From Eledone cirrhosa (taxonomy: Eukaryota): DNA of 64,000 nucleotides. Positions 28,768 through 44,741 of the stretch are shown here, one piece after another; within the stretch, counting starts at the first letter, position 1; every line of letters begins with the position of its first letter. The DNA lies in NCBI GenBank assembly GCA_964016885.1, contig OZ024743.1, forward strand, positions 299,336,001 through 299,400,000, written 5' to 3'. The notes below the pieces were generated by a model. That model worked only from the letters and a program-made list of their open reading frames with translations, was not told the origin of the DNA and ran no database searches. The translations under genes were made by a program, and so were the position numbers.

Positions 28768-28770
<3 letters not shown>
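28682..28770. mobile_element. Tiny Tc1/mariner-type MITE
   Basis: agagggtctcccccaaaaatgtatacac ... gtgtatacattttgggggacattctct inverted ends. Confidence 0.55.
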
Positions 28771-28829
<59 letters not shown>

Positions 28830-29452
28830 GCATATATATATATATATATATGCACGCTATACAATGCGTTTTCCGAATATTTTATTGATATTTTTTCAAG
28901 CAATAAAACCTAGACTCCTGAGAAAACGTTTGTTTATTTTTTCCTCAGAGTGGATATGAGAATAATACGCAAGGCATGGCTTTTATAATAATATAAATGC
29001 CATGCCTTGTGTATTATTCTCATATTCATGTTAGTAAACAAAACATTCGCCGTACAATTGTACATTCTAAAACGGAAATCAAATTAAAGGAGGTAGAACA
29101 CATAGACTCGTGTGCAAACATATATTACGATAAGAAAAATTCTTATTCTCACATCTATTTGTCATTTAAATCATAAACATGATCTTTTTTCATTTTTATC
29201 ACCAACACATGTATTGGTGTTCGAAATAATACAAGTGAGTCGCATTCGCAAAATGCTTCTCAATTTTAAATATATATTTGTAATTATCTGTAGTTAGACT
29301 TAGTAACAGTATATTTATTCTTAAATCTATATAGGAAACGTTTGCATGGAAGAAAAACAAGAGAATTACAAACAATATAAATACCTTGCCCCAAAGCAGC
29401 ACCTTATGTTTCATTTTTTTTCTCCGAAAGTAAATGTCCATCCTGGAACTAT

Positions 29453-29590
<138 letters not shown>

Positions 29591-29747
29591 GTGTTGTAGT
29601 TTACTTGGAGCATTGTGTATAAAGAAGTATGTTATTTGAAGTGTACGACAATGCAAAATGGACGAAAGATATATGAATAAATGGAAGGCAACGTTGATTT
29701 TAAAATAAAAACATGCTATATATATTTATATTAACAAAAAGAGAAAC

Positions 29748-30790
29748 CTTCTTCTTCTTCTTCTTCTTCTTCTTCTTCTTCTTCTTCTTCTTCTTCTTCT
29801 TCTTCTTCTTCTTCTTCTTCTTCTTCTTCTTCTTCTTCTTCTTCTTCTTCTTCTTCTTCTTCTTCTTCTTCTTCTTCTTCTTCTTTTTCTTCTTCTCGGG
29901 AGGGTCTTCGGCGCCGAGTCTCAAACACTCTTTTCAGCGAGTCCTGTCAGAACCGTCTCCAAGTGATTCCGCTCGATTCCCAAGAGTGACCAGCCAAAAT
30001 CATGGATGTTATCCTAAAATCTGGCTTGTGGTCTACCCCAGGGTCTGCTACATATTGGTTTTGCCCATAACATTTTTCCAGCGATTCTTTGCTAAGACAT
30101 TCTAACCACATGTTCATAGTATCAGACCTGTGGTCTCTCAATTCGGAGAAGTAGCAGCTCTACCTAAAGTGATTCTCTGATCTCCGAGCTACGCACTTTA
30201 TCGAGTAACGTTACTCCAAAGAACCCTGGAGGATTCACATTTCGACCGCTTCCCTTCGCGATCGTATTCTTTCGGTCATTATCCAATATTTATGACCATA
30301 GGAAAGGGTTGGCATGAAAACCGTTGGCTTTTACGCCTACCTCCTTGATTCCTCTATGCTGAAGCTGGCGCATTACTGCATCAATATTTGCAATTCCTGC
30401 ACTTAATTCAGCCGCATGCCTTCACGGCCCCGTGATACTGGAACTTCTATACTTGCTTCTGTGGAACTCCATTCACATATAGCATGTACTGCGCAGGCTT
30501 CCTTGTGAGGACGAGTGTCTCAATTTTCGCAGCACAAATTTTCATTCCAGCCATGCAGCACTCGGCATCAAACCTATCGAGTGCATGTCAGAGATCACCT
30601 TTTGTTGAGTGAAGTTACACCATGTCGTCTGCAAATTCCAGCCGACTGATTTTACACATGCCAGTCATGATACCACTTCCAACCCGACTGTGAATGTCAA
30701 TCCCGTTCATGTAAATAATGCACAAGAGAGGTGACAGTACGTACCCTTGGCGGAGGTCGACTCCCATATTGAATGGTTTCTATTTAGCAC
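29748..30790 (-). mobile_element. 5'-truncated RTE-like LINE with (GAA)n tail
   Basis: Minus translation KPFNMGVDLRQGYVLSPLL...LEFADDMV; the (TTC)n at 29748-29895 is the expanded tail. Confidence 0.8.
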
Positions 30791-32476
30791 TATTTATCCG
30801 AACACAAATACTCGGACAGCAAGAAGCTGACCATCAAAAAATAAACAATGATAATGATAATAATAAAATTCGTGAAATGAAATTGTCAGCTGAAATAATT
30901 CTCTTTTTCTTTTGACACGGATTACTGTAGAACAATCTCTTGGTGAATGTTTCTTTGCAGATGTTCTGAAAATAAGTGAGCTCCAGCTATAACTATTGCA
31001 AATACAATAGGAATAAAGCAAATTTAAGTGAATAAAAGGTCCAAAAACAAAGTCATTAATACGGCATAAATTAGAAGATCTACAGACTTGACAGATACAC
31101 ATGAGGCTCATGTTCAAGGATAGGAAAGATATGAATAAATCCTAAAAGATAAACAAAAATACTACCAGTTGCACAACGTTTAGGGACCATACTAGAGCGA
31201 GAAAAGGAAAGGTGTCGATCATCAGAACGCACCAAGTAGACAATATTTCCATTCGTCTTTCCTTTGATGATGTGCCGTTCGCAACTCCTGGTAGATGGAG
31301 GTTGCCATTGAACTCAGAAAGTACAGAGCCGGCTCAGGTACCAAAAAGCATATTATCTAACTCCTAAATGTCAATACCACATCTCTTTGTTGAAACATTA
31401 TGAATGAATGAGCAACAAACCTGATACTGGCGGGATTTGAAATAAACGTGCAGAGAACCGGTAGAAATACCGATACATTTAATCCGTTGCTTTAATGACA
31501 CTGCAATTTCACTACCTAACAGGAGGGAAGGAACCAGAAATGACAAAAGATATATGACGATGGAGATAGTAGAAATATGCCACCAAAATAGATACCACAA
31601 ACCGCAACCTGCAATTCCCCACTCAGCAAATATACAAACAACAAAACAAAACAAACAATATGATAAATTACATAGATCTACGCACCCGGCGATACCAGGT
31701 AAATGAGCCTTCACCTGTCGTGGAAATAGAGTAAATTGCTGATACAATCTCGAAAAGCCGTGTATCCAGATACAGTAATAGTCTGATTGTATAAAAAAAT
31801 CACAAAGACATCTATAAAAGAAATTCACATTAACTCCAATAAATCTTCACTGAAACTAGTGCATGTATGACACATGCATATACACCCACTCAAAGACGAT
31901 ACTTTACACTGTTTCCTCTTCACGAAAGGTAATATGAAGATGTAGAATAGGCTGCAACATTGCAGCCACAGTATTTAGGCACATGGCTAAAATACACACC
32001 ACACACACATTAATGAACTCCACCACACCATATCACCATAAACTATGAATGTTTTAATCTCTGATTATATCACAGCTATTTCGCTAGTCGATGAAAATGC
32101 CAGACATGTGTTTCTGGATTTTTATCCATCATAAATTACATTTATTTACTCGGTACTCAGAGAAGAATAAGCTAAACGCTTATATGCATTTTTTACGTGT
32201 GAACGACCGGCTGAAGAAGCTCAATCTGCATATAGTGCAAGATATAACATTGACTGCAGATGATCCTTTGTATATAGTGTGATTGTGACTGGCTAGCATT
32301 AATTAACAGTAGCATTAACATAGATGCATTCTCACCGACTATTTACTTAGTTGTGACATGATCACAGTTTAAAACATTCATAGCGACACTCATGAATATT
32401 TATTGCACATAAAAATATCGTATACGGCGTTGTAACTCCCCCTATTGTGAACAACATTATATTAATGCTACTGCTA

Positions 32477-32690
32477 TGAGGGTCGGCTGAAAAGATTATA
32501 GGCTGAAACGTTCATAGGCTGACCAAGATACACTCGTGGAATGACCAAATGAGATTTATTTTTCAACATATATCCTGGAAAGGAACAATGTATTTATTAC
32601 TAAGAACAGAAATCAATGCATGCAAGATTTCACAGCTCTAGCATCAATCCTTCGTAGTCAGCTTATGGACGTTTCAGCCCACTCTCGTCA
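32477..32690. mobile_element. Mariner-derived MITE
   Basis: tatgagggtcggctgaaaag...ataggctgac / gtcagcttatggacgtttcagcccactctcgt inverted termini. Confidence 0.6.
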
Positions 32691-32974
32691 TTCAGCCTAG
32701 AATAATACACACACAATGCCTATTTCTCTTAACATTAATATTATTACTGTATGTCCGTTAAAATGTAGTAACATTAGCAAAGTTTGTATCTGAAAGACGT
32801 AGCCACATGCAATCAAGCATTACATGAGAAGAAATACACATATCAAAGTATCTTGTCTTCTGTAATAGCAGTAACGAAGACTCATTTGGATTTTGTCATG
32901 TGTATACATAAGGAACTCAAAAGAATTGTGCTTTTTTCAATGAAGTTTCATGAAAAAAGAATATAGATTAAATA

Positions 32975-33393
32975 GACAGTATCTATAAATCAATGCAATT
33001 TTGTTTGGGTCACATCACCATCGACAGCCTCAAATAGCCAGAAGCACACATTCCCTTATCCATGTAACAGCATTACTGAACATAAAGAGAACATACATTT
33101 GTTCGAATTTTCTAATATGCTATTCATGGAACAAAGAAAATACTTTTCCGAAGTGAAAGTATGAAGTTGGACTGAACAATTGTCTCCAGGGGACCAGCTT
33201 CATATTTTCACTTAGGTAAAGTATTTTGTTTGTTCAATGAATATGATATTAGAAAATTCGAACAAATGTATGTACTCCTTATGTTCAGTAATGCTGTTAC
33301 ATGGATAAGGGAATGTGAGCTTCTGGGTATTTGAAGCTGTCGATGGTGATGTGACCTAAACAAAATTGCATTGATAAAGGAAAGTACTGTATA
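32975..33393. mobile_element. Palindromic (fold-back) MITE, ~190-bp diverged arms
   Basis: atcaatgcaattttgttt.ggtcacatcaccatcgacagc... is mirrored at 33207-33375; cagta..tactg ends. Confidence 0.7.
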
Positions 33394-34240
33394 CTTTAAC
33401 AAATATATTACCAGTACATGTTAAAATAGCCCACCGAATTACTTAGCATTCTATCTCTTTAGAAATAAAATAAACACGAAGTAAAACAATAGTGTTATCG
33501 GAATCACACACTATTTTAAAGATCTTAAGTGTAATAATCTTTCCAGCCCAAGTGTAATGATCTTTCCAACCTAAGTCAGGGAAAAGTTGAAATGCAGTAA
33601 AAATATGTTAGGTTCTTCCAATTGTAATATTAAAAAGAGCACTTCCCTTCCGATGTGGGGTAATTTATCAGTTATCAGTTGTTCAATAACAGATAACGAA
33701 CACATTTAAAATGTCTGTAGTTAGATACATTAGGTTGCTATCTGTCTCTAACTAAATTCCTTCTTGGAAAATCTTTATGTTCCAACAATATTTCTGCCAT
33801 GAATATTATTATATATTTGTATATTTAGATGTATTTGCTTTTTACGTATTTGCTTGATAGGTTAAAAGTAATGGCCATGCTATGTTTGATGAAGCTATCA
33901 AATCGTACTGTAATACTGAAGAGTTTGTATTGATAGGAATTTTATTCTTAAAATTTCTTTGGATAACATTTCGCCATGCAAATGGTGCATTTATTGTGAA
34001 GATACGTAATATGACAGCTGCAGCTTGATAACATATCTTCCCCATTTGGTGGCTAGTGTTGTCAATAGCTGATTTACAAAATCGGGAATGCATGTCGGGG
34101 GTTGGTTTAGCGGGTCTATAAGGGTAAGTTTCCAGTGTTTTCTGAGTGTTTTCTTTTCGGGTTAAGGTAACCAACGATCATATTTAAACACACACACACA
34201 TATACGCACACACACACACATACACACTCAAACACATTCT

Positions 34241-34332
<92 letters not shown>

Positions 34333-35229
34333 TGCACACACTCACTCACTCACACACATACACATACATACACCAATACACATAATTATTTAGATGAACC
34401 CATCTGATAGGTTTTAGATTTTCCATTCGTCCAAACATACACACACACAGACCCTCTCTCTATATATATCAATGGAGTACATTAGTGTATTAGTATCATG
34501 CGTACCTACACGTTCTCTCTCTCTCTCCTAAATAAACTCAATCTACTCTTGCTGTCATGAAAATTGAAAATGTCTACGTGAATGTCAATATGTATATAAT
34601 GGTTGATCTAATTAATACTGTTGCAGCCTGATAAATAATTATACTTTCTTTCTAATAAGTTAACCGAATATAAACTCTCCGAAAGCATCGCTAACACCAC
34701 CAGCATTTGATACATCATCAGTAAATTTAAAAACAAATGTTATTTGTATAGGAACAACAATAAAAAAACAAAAAAATAAAACAGATGAAGAACAATACGA
34801 AAATGAGGTAAAGAACAGTAAAGAATGTAAAATAAATAAAATTCTTCTTGTAAACAAGAATATAAGTCACAAAAACGTTTCGTAAACTTTGCCACTAAAA
34901 CGTCAGAATTGAGGAAATTGTATCAGTAAAAGTGAACACAATCAGAATAACCTTAATAACATAGGAAGCGAAATTTAATAATGCAATTAAGGAAATAAAA
35001 GTATAGCTTAATGATTAACAGCAACAAAAGTAACAACTACTTAAAGGTCGGTAACGTTGATTGTTTTTATTTCAATTATTTTTGTCAGCCATTTTAATGA
35101 AAAGTTCTATAGACAATAAAAAACAAGAACGAAGAGTTATATTAACAGCCATAATAAGGAAAACATGATAATAATGATTATGATGGTGCCGATTCTGCTA
35201 CTGCTGCTATTGTTGCTATTGCTGCTGCT

Positions 35230-35244
35230 GATAATGATGATAAA

Positions 35245-35293
<49 letters not shown>

Positions 35294-35430
35294 TTATTGT
35301 TGATGGTGATGATGATGATGATGATGATGATGTTATTGTTGATGGTGATGATGATGAATTTGTTGTTGCTGATGGTGACAACTATGATGATAAAGTTGTT
35401 TTTCGTTATGATGATGATAATGATGTTGAT
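35230..35430. repeat. (GAT)n-rich compound microsatellite
   Basis: Direct reading. Confidence 0.9.
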
Positions 35431-35921
35431 ATTAATACTGCTGATCCATACAGTTATAACAATAGTTAACATCAATAGGTGTAGTAACGACGACAACGGG
35501 AAGAATGTACTTGCACAAAGTAGAGGTAAAATACGAACAGCAAATCGTTGTACGGATCCAATTAAGGAAGCCAAGAAAGAAAATAATAATAGAAACGAAA
35601 GAAACGATAAGAATTGTGATGAAAGAAATTAAATTAAATAGCAGCATATCCAAAAGCTGTAACAACGGCGACAACCACCTCGAAACAATCAACAAGATTT
35701 ACAAATAACTGGAATTACACTTTCAACAACAATAATAGCAATTACTGTTGCAACAACAACAGCAATACCAAGTGCAACAGCAAAAAGACATTACTAGAAT
35801 TAAAATATTAACAGGTGAAATTCCTCGACAAAGGAAGAAATGAAACCAAATGCGACGGAGTTAATAAGATCCAACAAATTAAGAGAAATCCGCTTAATTC
35901 TTTTACATTCATTCTAACCAC

Positions 35922-36062
<141 letters not shown>

Positions 36063-36397
36063 TTTGCAAAGCTTTTTAAACGTAATGTTATAACTCTAAG
36101 GTAATATACCTTATTGAGTGCTTAGCTGACACCCCGATGGCATGCGTTAGCTTCGCTGCAGCCAGAGCTTCGATTATGTTGTACTAAATTTTGTATATAT
36201 ATATATATATAATATAAGCAAAATGGATATTCAATTTGTTGGTAATTCAACAAATATAAATGTTTATAACTGATTCAGAGCACTCGACATATTTTCTGGA
36301 GTATAATATTTAATGATATTAAATAAATATTCACTATCCAAGAAAAGGTTAAGGTATCTTTTCTTGGTTATGTCAAAATTTATAAAACAAACTTTGT

Positions 36398-36455
36398 ATT
36401 TTATCTGATGAGGGCGTACCAAATTTCGGTACCCTTGAAATATATATAATAGAAT
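36398..36455 (+). ncRNA. Type I hammerhead ribozyme
   Basis: attttat-CTGATGA-gggcgtacc-aaatttc-ggtaccctt-GAAA-tatata-TA-atagaat. Confidence 0.65.
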
Positions 36456-36503
36456 AAATAAGTTTTTATAAATTTGTAAATATAGTTTCCATTTATTTAA
36501 TAT

Positions 36504-37290
<787 letters not shown>

Positions 37291-37309
37291 TGTATGTACG
37301 TATACATAG

Positions 37310-37357
<48 letters not shown>

Positions 37358-37438
37358 CGAGTGACGAAGCCGAATACTCAGCTTTTGAAGTGATGATAAT
37401 ATACGTATGTATATATATATATATATATATACTTTTTA

Positions 37439-37479
<41 letters not shown>

Positions 37480-37499
37480 TTTTTACTTATATATATATA

Positions 37500-37647
37500 T
37501 ATATTTATTAAAATGACAGATTAAAGTTTAAGCAAAGAATCGCTGCTTTCACCCTTAACGGGATCTTCTGAAACTTTCAGAAGATCCCGTTCAGGGTGAA
37601 AGCAGCGATTATTTGCTTAAACTTTAATCTGTTATTTTAATAAATAT
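37500..37647. repeat. ~73-bp-arm hairpin of a repeat end also found at 18008-18080
   Basis: atatttattaaaatgacag...gatcttctgaaa c tttcagaagatc...ctgttattttaataaatat. Confidence 0.8.
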
Positions 37648-37735
37648 TTGCTCTACGGTTCTTATATATTTGATATATATTTATCCTTATCGAGCCCTCT
37701 TTGGATGTTAGTCTTCAAATTTATTATTATTACTA

Positions 37736-37791
<56 letters not shown>

Positions 37792-39072
37792 CGGATTAAC
37801 AAATACTAGTTAAATGCAGTCCACTTAGGTGAAGTCCAGTTATGGTATTCCAGGTAGTGGATGATATTAACGCTTGGCTTGGTTTGACTCAACAAGGCGT
37901 TTTCATAGTGATGCTGCGGGTATGCTGTAATTCCTATGTTGTAAACACTTGGAGTAATAATAAATCAGGAAAGAAGGTTTACATGGTTTGCTATACAAAA
38001 AAGTTTTTAATCACATAGCTTACATTTGTTTCACTGAACTGGTATGTCTAGAGATCGCTATCCGCTTAATTTTGCGTTACTCGATCGCCAATACAGAATT
38101 ATAACCAGTCAGATCTTCGGAGCATGCGAGAATGAAGAAAATACACAGGCAAGAAAAGAAAAGAAAATACAGGCTACTATATGGAGTAGTATGGCATTCA
38201 ATTAGAACAATAACAACAATTACAACAATGCTATCGATAAACTATTTAAGGAGACCCTGACATTATTTAGGTGGGGGTATATAATGTATCTAATGTTACG
38301 GCGTGAAAACCAGCTGTCATAAGGCAAAAAGTATCGTAGTGTGTATCAATTTTAAATTATAAAGATAAGCTAGTTTTTACAGTCTTTCTCTTCATCTTCT
38401 ACAGTATACATGAGTGGGACCACTGTCAAAGCTCAATAGTTGTAGAGTTAATACAGAGGTTAACGAATTAATATACGCATATATCTACGCACACACACAC
38501 ACACATATACACATACACACACACACACATATATATATATATAAATATATATACACATATATACACATGCATGTGTACATAGACACACACATACACATCA
38601 ATATACACTCGTACAAAAATATACATACATGCAAAGAGAAAAGCGTGCTAATTGTAATTATGGCAAAAAGAAGGTAAAGTAACATTGTAATAGTGAAATG
38701 AGAAAAACTAGGATCTAGGATCAAATGATTGCAGCAGCTGAGAAGGAGTAAGATTGTTGGTAGATGAGGTATTTACAGACAGTTGTGTGGTATAGACTTG
38801 TGAAGGATATAGTATACTTAATGAATATATTTCTGTGGGTAGTAGGTATCCTAATTTAAAGCTATGTTATGTTGGTTCGATTCACGGAGGTTTGATCCTA
38901 GATCCTAGTTTTTCTCATTTCACTATTACAATGTTACTTTACCTTCTTTTTGCCATAATTACAATTAGCACGCTTTTCTCTTTGCATGTATGTATATTTT
39001 TGTACGAGTGTATATTGATGTGTATGTGTGTGTCTATGTACACATGCATGTGTATATATGTGTATATATATT

Positions 39073-39103
<31 letters not shown>

Positions 39104-39657
39104 ATGTGTATATGTGTGTGTGTGTGTGCGTAGATATATGCGTATATTAATTCGTTAACCTCTGTATTAACTCTACAACTATTGAGCTTTGACAGTGGTC
39201 CCACTCATGTATACTGTAGAAGATGAAGAGAAAGACTGTAAAAACTAGCTTATCTTTATAATTTAAAATTGATACACACTACGATACTTTTTGCCTTATG
39301 ACAGCTGGTTTTCACGCCGTAACATTAGATACATTATATACCCCCACCTAAATAATGTCAGGGTCTCCTTAAATAGTTTATTGATAGCATTGTTGTAATT
39401 GTTGTTATTGTTCTAATTGAATGCCATACTACTCCATATAGTAGCCTGTATTTTCTTTTCTTTTCTTGCCTGTGTATTTTCTTCATTCTCGCATGCTCCG
39501 AAGATCTGACTGGTTATAATTCTGTATTGGCGATCGAGTAACGCAAAATTAAGCGGATAGCGATCTCTAGACATACCAGTTCAGTGAAACAAATGTAAGC
39601 TATGTGATTAAAAACTTTTTTGTATAGCAAACCATGTAAACCTTCTTTTCTGATTTA
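37792..39657. mobile_element. Non-autonomous PLE-like element forming a ~765-bp-arm inverted repeat
   Basis: 37961-38725 versus 38891-39657 nearly identical inverted, 165-bp spacer; (TA)n flanks; HHRs at 38014-38127(-) and 39491-39604(+). Confidence 0.85.
39491..39604 (+). ncRNA. Hammerhead variant with long stem II
   Basis: gcatgct-CCGAAGA-tctgactggt...accagttcagt-GAAAC-aaat-GTA-agctatg. Confidence 0.55.
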
Positions 39658-39980
39658 TATATATATATAAGTATAAAGAAACTGATGAACCGCAGAAATG
39701 ATATAATGATAACTTATAAAATAGAGTGAAGACCTTTAAAACAGAGAAAAATATTTTGCCATCTCCCGCTATGAGGAATTGGACCCAACATATCCTAGGT
39801 ACCGGCCAAACGCTTTAAAAATTAACTTAAGGAACCATGACAATTCCTTTTCTGTCTGTGTAACTAGGTGACTGAGCAACAGCATTCAGGTGTCAGCAGG
39901 AAAGATGACAAACATCTTTATGTCCTTCTTTCCCATCTTTTAAGGATCTTCACATTTTGCGCTAGAGCAATTTCTATATA

Positions 39981-40028
<48 letters not shown>

Positions 40029-40129
40029 GAAAGATTAATATGCTTCATTGATTACTCAATGAATATAGTTTTACAATAGATTACAAGCACTCTACAAATA
40101 AGTTTTCTGGAGTTATTAATATTATTCAG

Positions 40130-40439
40130 AATATTAATAAATGAAGACATTCACATAATCAAAATATATGTTTTATTATATATATTTCGAAGGTACTGTG
40201 CTGTTTTTTCAGTACGGCCTCGTCAGATAAAATACATGAATTGATGAATGACATACCTCAACGGTCTGGATGGTTCAATTCCAGTATTAGCAGTACTGGA
40301 ATTGAACCATCAAGACAGTTGAGGTACATTAATTCATGTATTTTATCTGACGAGCACGTACTGAAAAAACAGCACTCGAAATATATATAATAAAACATAT
40401 ATTTTGATTATGTGAATGTCTTCATTTATTAATATTTTG

Positions 40440-40440
<1 letters not shown>
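40130..40440. mobile_element. Fold-back pLTR fragment with HHRs on both arms (40171-40232 -, 40341-40395 +)
   Basis: ttttat-CTGACGA-g...c-GAAA-tatata-TA-ataaaa; related to 36398-36455. Confidence 0.65.
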
Positions 40441-40497
<57 letters not shown>

Positions 40498-41648
40498 CAG
40501 CGATTCAAACGCCAAAGATTCGGCTGCGTATATTGTTTGTTTATATACAGCTGTATGTGGATGGCTATCATATTAAGATATTCAAATATCCAAATATTAA
40601 AGTATATCAAAATATATTTAGCGCCAAAAAGTGGCTAAAAATTATTATTTGTTTAAAATGCGTTTTCATTGGTGTGCGAAAGTCACGTGATTATGCAGAA
40701 TAATTCTTTTGCGCAAAAATTGCTAGTCAGAAATTAAAAAGAAAAGAGAAATTGGAGTCTTTTGGTTCAGTGAGTATGGCTAATGACAATGTCAAATTTT
40801 AAGATGTGTCTGGCTCAAAAGTTGCTATTTTTTCAAATTGTTATTGGTTGATGAAAGTCACGTGATTAGGCATAGTAATCTTTGAACAAAAAATGGATAG
40901 TCAGAGAGCAATAGAAGAGAAGAAAGATTTGTGTTTTATGGTTCAGTGAATAGGGAAATGTGAAAGTGGTGAGAAGTGTCATATTTTAAAAGGTTTCAAT
41001 TTCAGAGATTTTATTGTAGTAGACTCGCAAACAATTGAATGTAGAGTAATGGGTTTATATGTCTATGTACCATGATGGAGGGGATTAATTTTGATCCTGG
41101 GTTATAATTACACACACACACACACACATACATCACACACACACACACACACACACGCGCAAATGTGTAGACAGAAACGCACAGAGATAAACACACAAAC
41201 ACCTACACACACACTTAGAGATAAGCATATGGCATTCAATCTTGAACATTAGCGAAACATTGAAAGCTTAAGAAAAAACAGGTAAAGTATTATTTAATTC
41301 ATTTATCAGTATTTGTCGTTTTGAATACTGAATGAGATATACGAGGATATCATCTAACGACCAAAGCGGATGCGCTCTGCTTTGATTGAATATTTACATC
41401 AACCAACATTACATCGCTATAAGATGGCTATAAATTGTTCACATATATGATATATATATATATTATATATATATATATATCATATAATATATATATATAT
41501 ATATAAGTTGTAATATAAGGAAACGAAATTTCATTTCTCACTCTTAGTACGGCACTTACTTAAATGTAAGTATGTATGTATACGTACATACATATATGTA
41601 TACAGACGTACAGTAGCATGCATATATATATATATATATATCTATATA

Positions 41649-41686
<38 letters not shown>

Positions 41687-41792
41687 CTGCTATGTATATA
41701 TATATATATACATATATACATACTGCTCAGCCGTTAATTTTCATAAGGAAAGTATATACTTTCGCACGTTCAACTATCTGGCAGAAGGGTAT

Positions 41793-41835
41793 ACGGTGCT
41801 GAAGATAGCTAACAAGCTTGAAACTAGTACATCGT
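41793..41835 (+). ncRNA. Minimal hammerhead ribozyme (family B)
   Basis: acggtg-CTGAAGA-t-agct-aaca-agct-t-GAAAC-ta-GTA-catcgt. Confidence 0.75.
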
Positions 41836-41982
41836 TCCTGTGTCAGTGTTGAACAAAAAGGTGACGTGGTTGCCTTAACACCGTATGGCATAAATCAGGC
41901 TGTTCGCTTGTTTACAAACGGACAAAGCGAGCGTTATAATAAACGTTCGCTAAACTGATACGTACATATATATGTGTACCTG

Positions 41983-42094
<112 letters not shown>

Positions 42095-42329
42095 TGCTAC
42101 TGTACATCTGTATACATATATATATGTACGTATGCATACATACTTATATTTAAGTAAGTGCCGTACTAAGAGTGAGAAATGAAATTTCGTTTCATTATAT
42201 TACAACTTATCGTTTTCGGTACGCCTGGCCGACTGAACTCACTCGATATGCAAATTAGGCTGCTCAGCCGTTAATTTTCATAAGGAAATTATATACTTTT
42301 GAACGTTCACCTATCTGGCAGAAGGGTAT

Positions 42330-42372
42330 ACGGTGCTGATGATAGCTAACAAGCTTGAAACTAGTACATCGT
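42330..42372 (+). ncRNA. Minimal hammerhead ribozyme (family B)
   Basis: acggtg-CTGATGA-t-agct-aaca-agct-t-GAAAC-ta-GTA-catcgt. Confidence 0.78.
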
Positions 42373-42521
42373 TCCTGTGTCAGTGTTGAACAAAAAGGTG
42401 ACGTGGTGGCCTTAACACCGTATGGCATAAATCAGGCTGTTCGCTTGATTACAAACGGACAAAGCGAGTGTTATAATAAACGTTCACTAAACTGATACGT
42501 ACATATATATATGTGTACCTG

Positions 42522-42599
<78 letters not shown>

Positions 42600-42655
42600 T
42601 GCTACTGTACGTCTGTATACATATATGTATGTACGTATACATACATCCTTACATT

Positions 42656-42767
<112 letters not shown>

Positions 42768-43061
42768 GAATATAAAAGGAACGTGCTTTTATAAAGGAAT
42801 TTATTAGGTATTGACATATGTATCTGTAACAGACGGAATACCTATGTATCGCTGCTTGCGTAATCATATAATGTTAGCAAGTATTCGATAGCAAATGTAT
42901 AATCAGTTGTCACTTCTTCAGAGATAGTGGATAAATTGGAAAAAATCAGAAAAATTGAAGTATTTATATTAGTTGTAAGAAAGGAAGAAGAGAGAGGATA
43001 GTATATGACAGATGGCAATTCAATTTACTGGTAAACAAGTATATACAAGATTTCTAATGAG

Positions 43062-43938
43062 AATACAAAATAAATCTCATAGAAGTAGAAATAGCATAGA
43101 ATCACCACCATACATACAGTACCGCAATAGACACACTAACAGTCGCACACCACCAAACAGAAGGCGATGTAAAGAATATATACGGTACAACCCGGTCTAT
43201 AACAACTCTATTAAAACCAATCTACCCTCACAATTCTTTCGATTAGTTAAAAAACACTTTCCAACATCACATAAATATAATAAAATCTTAAACCCTAACA
43301 CTATTCGACTTTCATATTCAACCGCCCCTAATATTGAACAACATATAAAAAAGCTTAACGCAAAACGGTTGTATAAACGCCTTCCAACACATAACAATAC
43401 ACGTAAAACATCGGCTATAACATCGCAAAACAACAAACAACATCCCGACCTACCTACGCAACCTCATCAACCGATCCATGCCAATACAACAATGCAAAAT
43501 TATAACTGTAACTGTGTCCAACCAGGAATGTGTCCGTTGAACAATCAGTGTCTTGAACGCAACATCATATACAAATGTACTATCGAATCGGAGAGCCAGT
43601 AGTGGGACTATGTGGGGTCTACAGCTACCCCCTTCAAATCTCGCCTTTATAGACATCGTTACTCGATAAAACATGAAAATCAGCGTTATGTAACAACACT
43701 CGCAGACAAGGCTTGGCAGCTGCGCGAAAATAACCAACAATTTAACCTAAAATGGGATATAATAGTATCTGCCCCTGCATATCCCCACGGACAGGAATTT
43801 TGTAAATTGTATAATATGGAATTATTTTGTATTATGAAATCCAAAAATATGTTATTAATTAACAGAATAGAGCGATCGTTATACTGTAACCATCGCTTGA
43901 AATTTACATTTTCATATTACAAACACTACCAGGATTGA
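43062..43938 (+). pseudogene. Duplicated PLE thumb/GIY-YIG endonuclease region
   Basis: YNPVY...FFRLVKKHFP...IRLSYS; CNCVQPGMCPLNNQC; NIIYKC...*WDYVGST...FKSRLYRH; in-frame TAG near 43600. Confidence 0.85.
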
Positions 43939-44416
43939 ACGCCTGTCTCCATCTCCGTTTGATTGTCAAAATACATATTAACATTCTCTATTAGTCTTAA
44001 TTCTATCAACTCTTCTATTCTTTACCATTTAATATAAACTGCTATAGATAAAATGAGATTTCTTAATTCAATTCCCTAATGCATATACCAGCAGGCGACC
44101 AGCATTGTTGTTATTCAGTAGCAGTTAAAATCTCCCACTTCCTTAATTGACACTTTATATCTTATAATACTACTACACCAAACGACCAGCCCTGTCCATT
44201 GTTCAATTGGTCAAGTATAGATTAAAATAGGCACTCCCAAAAATTCTTATTTAGATAAAATAAACCATATACTCATTGTATTCTCATTAGAAACTTTTTA
44301 TATACTTGTTTACCAGTAAATTGAATTGCCATCTGTCATATACTATCCCCTCTCTTCTTCCTTTCTTACAACTAATATAAATACTTCAATTTTTCTGATT
44401 TTACCAATTTATCCAA

Positions 44417-44534
44417 TATCTCTGAAGAAGTGACAACTGATTATACATTTGCTATCGAATACTTGCTAACATTATATGATTACGCAAGCAGCGATACATA
44501 AGTATTCTGTCTGTTACAGAAACATATGTCAATA
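44417..44534 (+). ncRNA. pLTR hammerhead with long stem II (second copy 47505-47622)
   Basis: tatct-CTGAAGA-agtgaca...tgttaca-GAAAC-atat-GTC-aata; palindromic ACATATGT; weak stem I. Confidence 0.55.
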
Positions 44535-44741
44535 CCTAATAAATTCCTTTATAAGAGCACTTCCATTTTATATTCATCTTTTCTACATTTTCTCCCGAAT
44601 ATAAGTTATACTCGTTGAGCAAACCTACACGTACACTGTTCATCTCTAACGTGACGATATATTATCACTACATTATTGATAACCTGAAATTTTAATAATC
44701 TCCTATACAGTTGAGCAACTAATTCTGCATACGCCTCTAAA

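Noticed and set aside
43012-43062. ATG start of the 196-aa ORF
   Set aside because: Lies in the inverted pLTR stub; a chance fusion to the duplicated PLE fragment
43597-43605. Recoded stop (selenocysteine is reported for some Naiad PLEs)
   Set aside because: The stop is TAG, not TGA, and corresponds to Lys in the related element at 53077; likely a nonsense mutation
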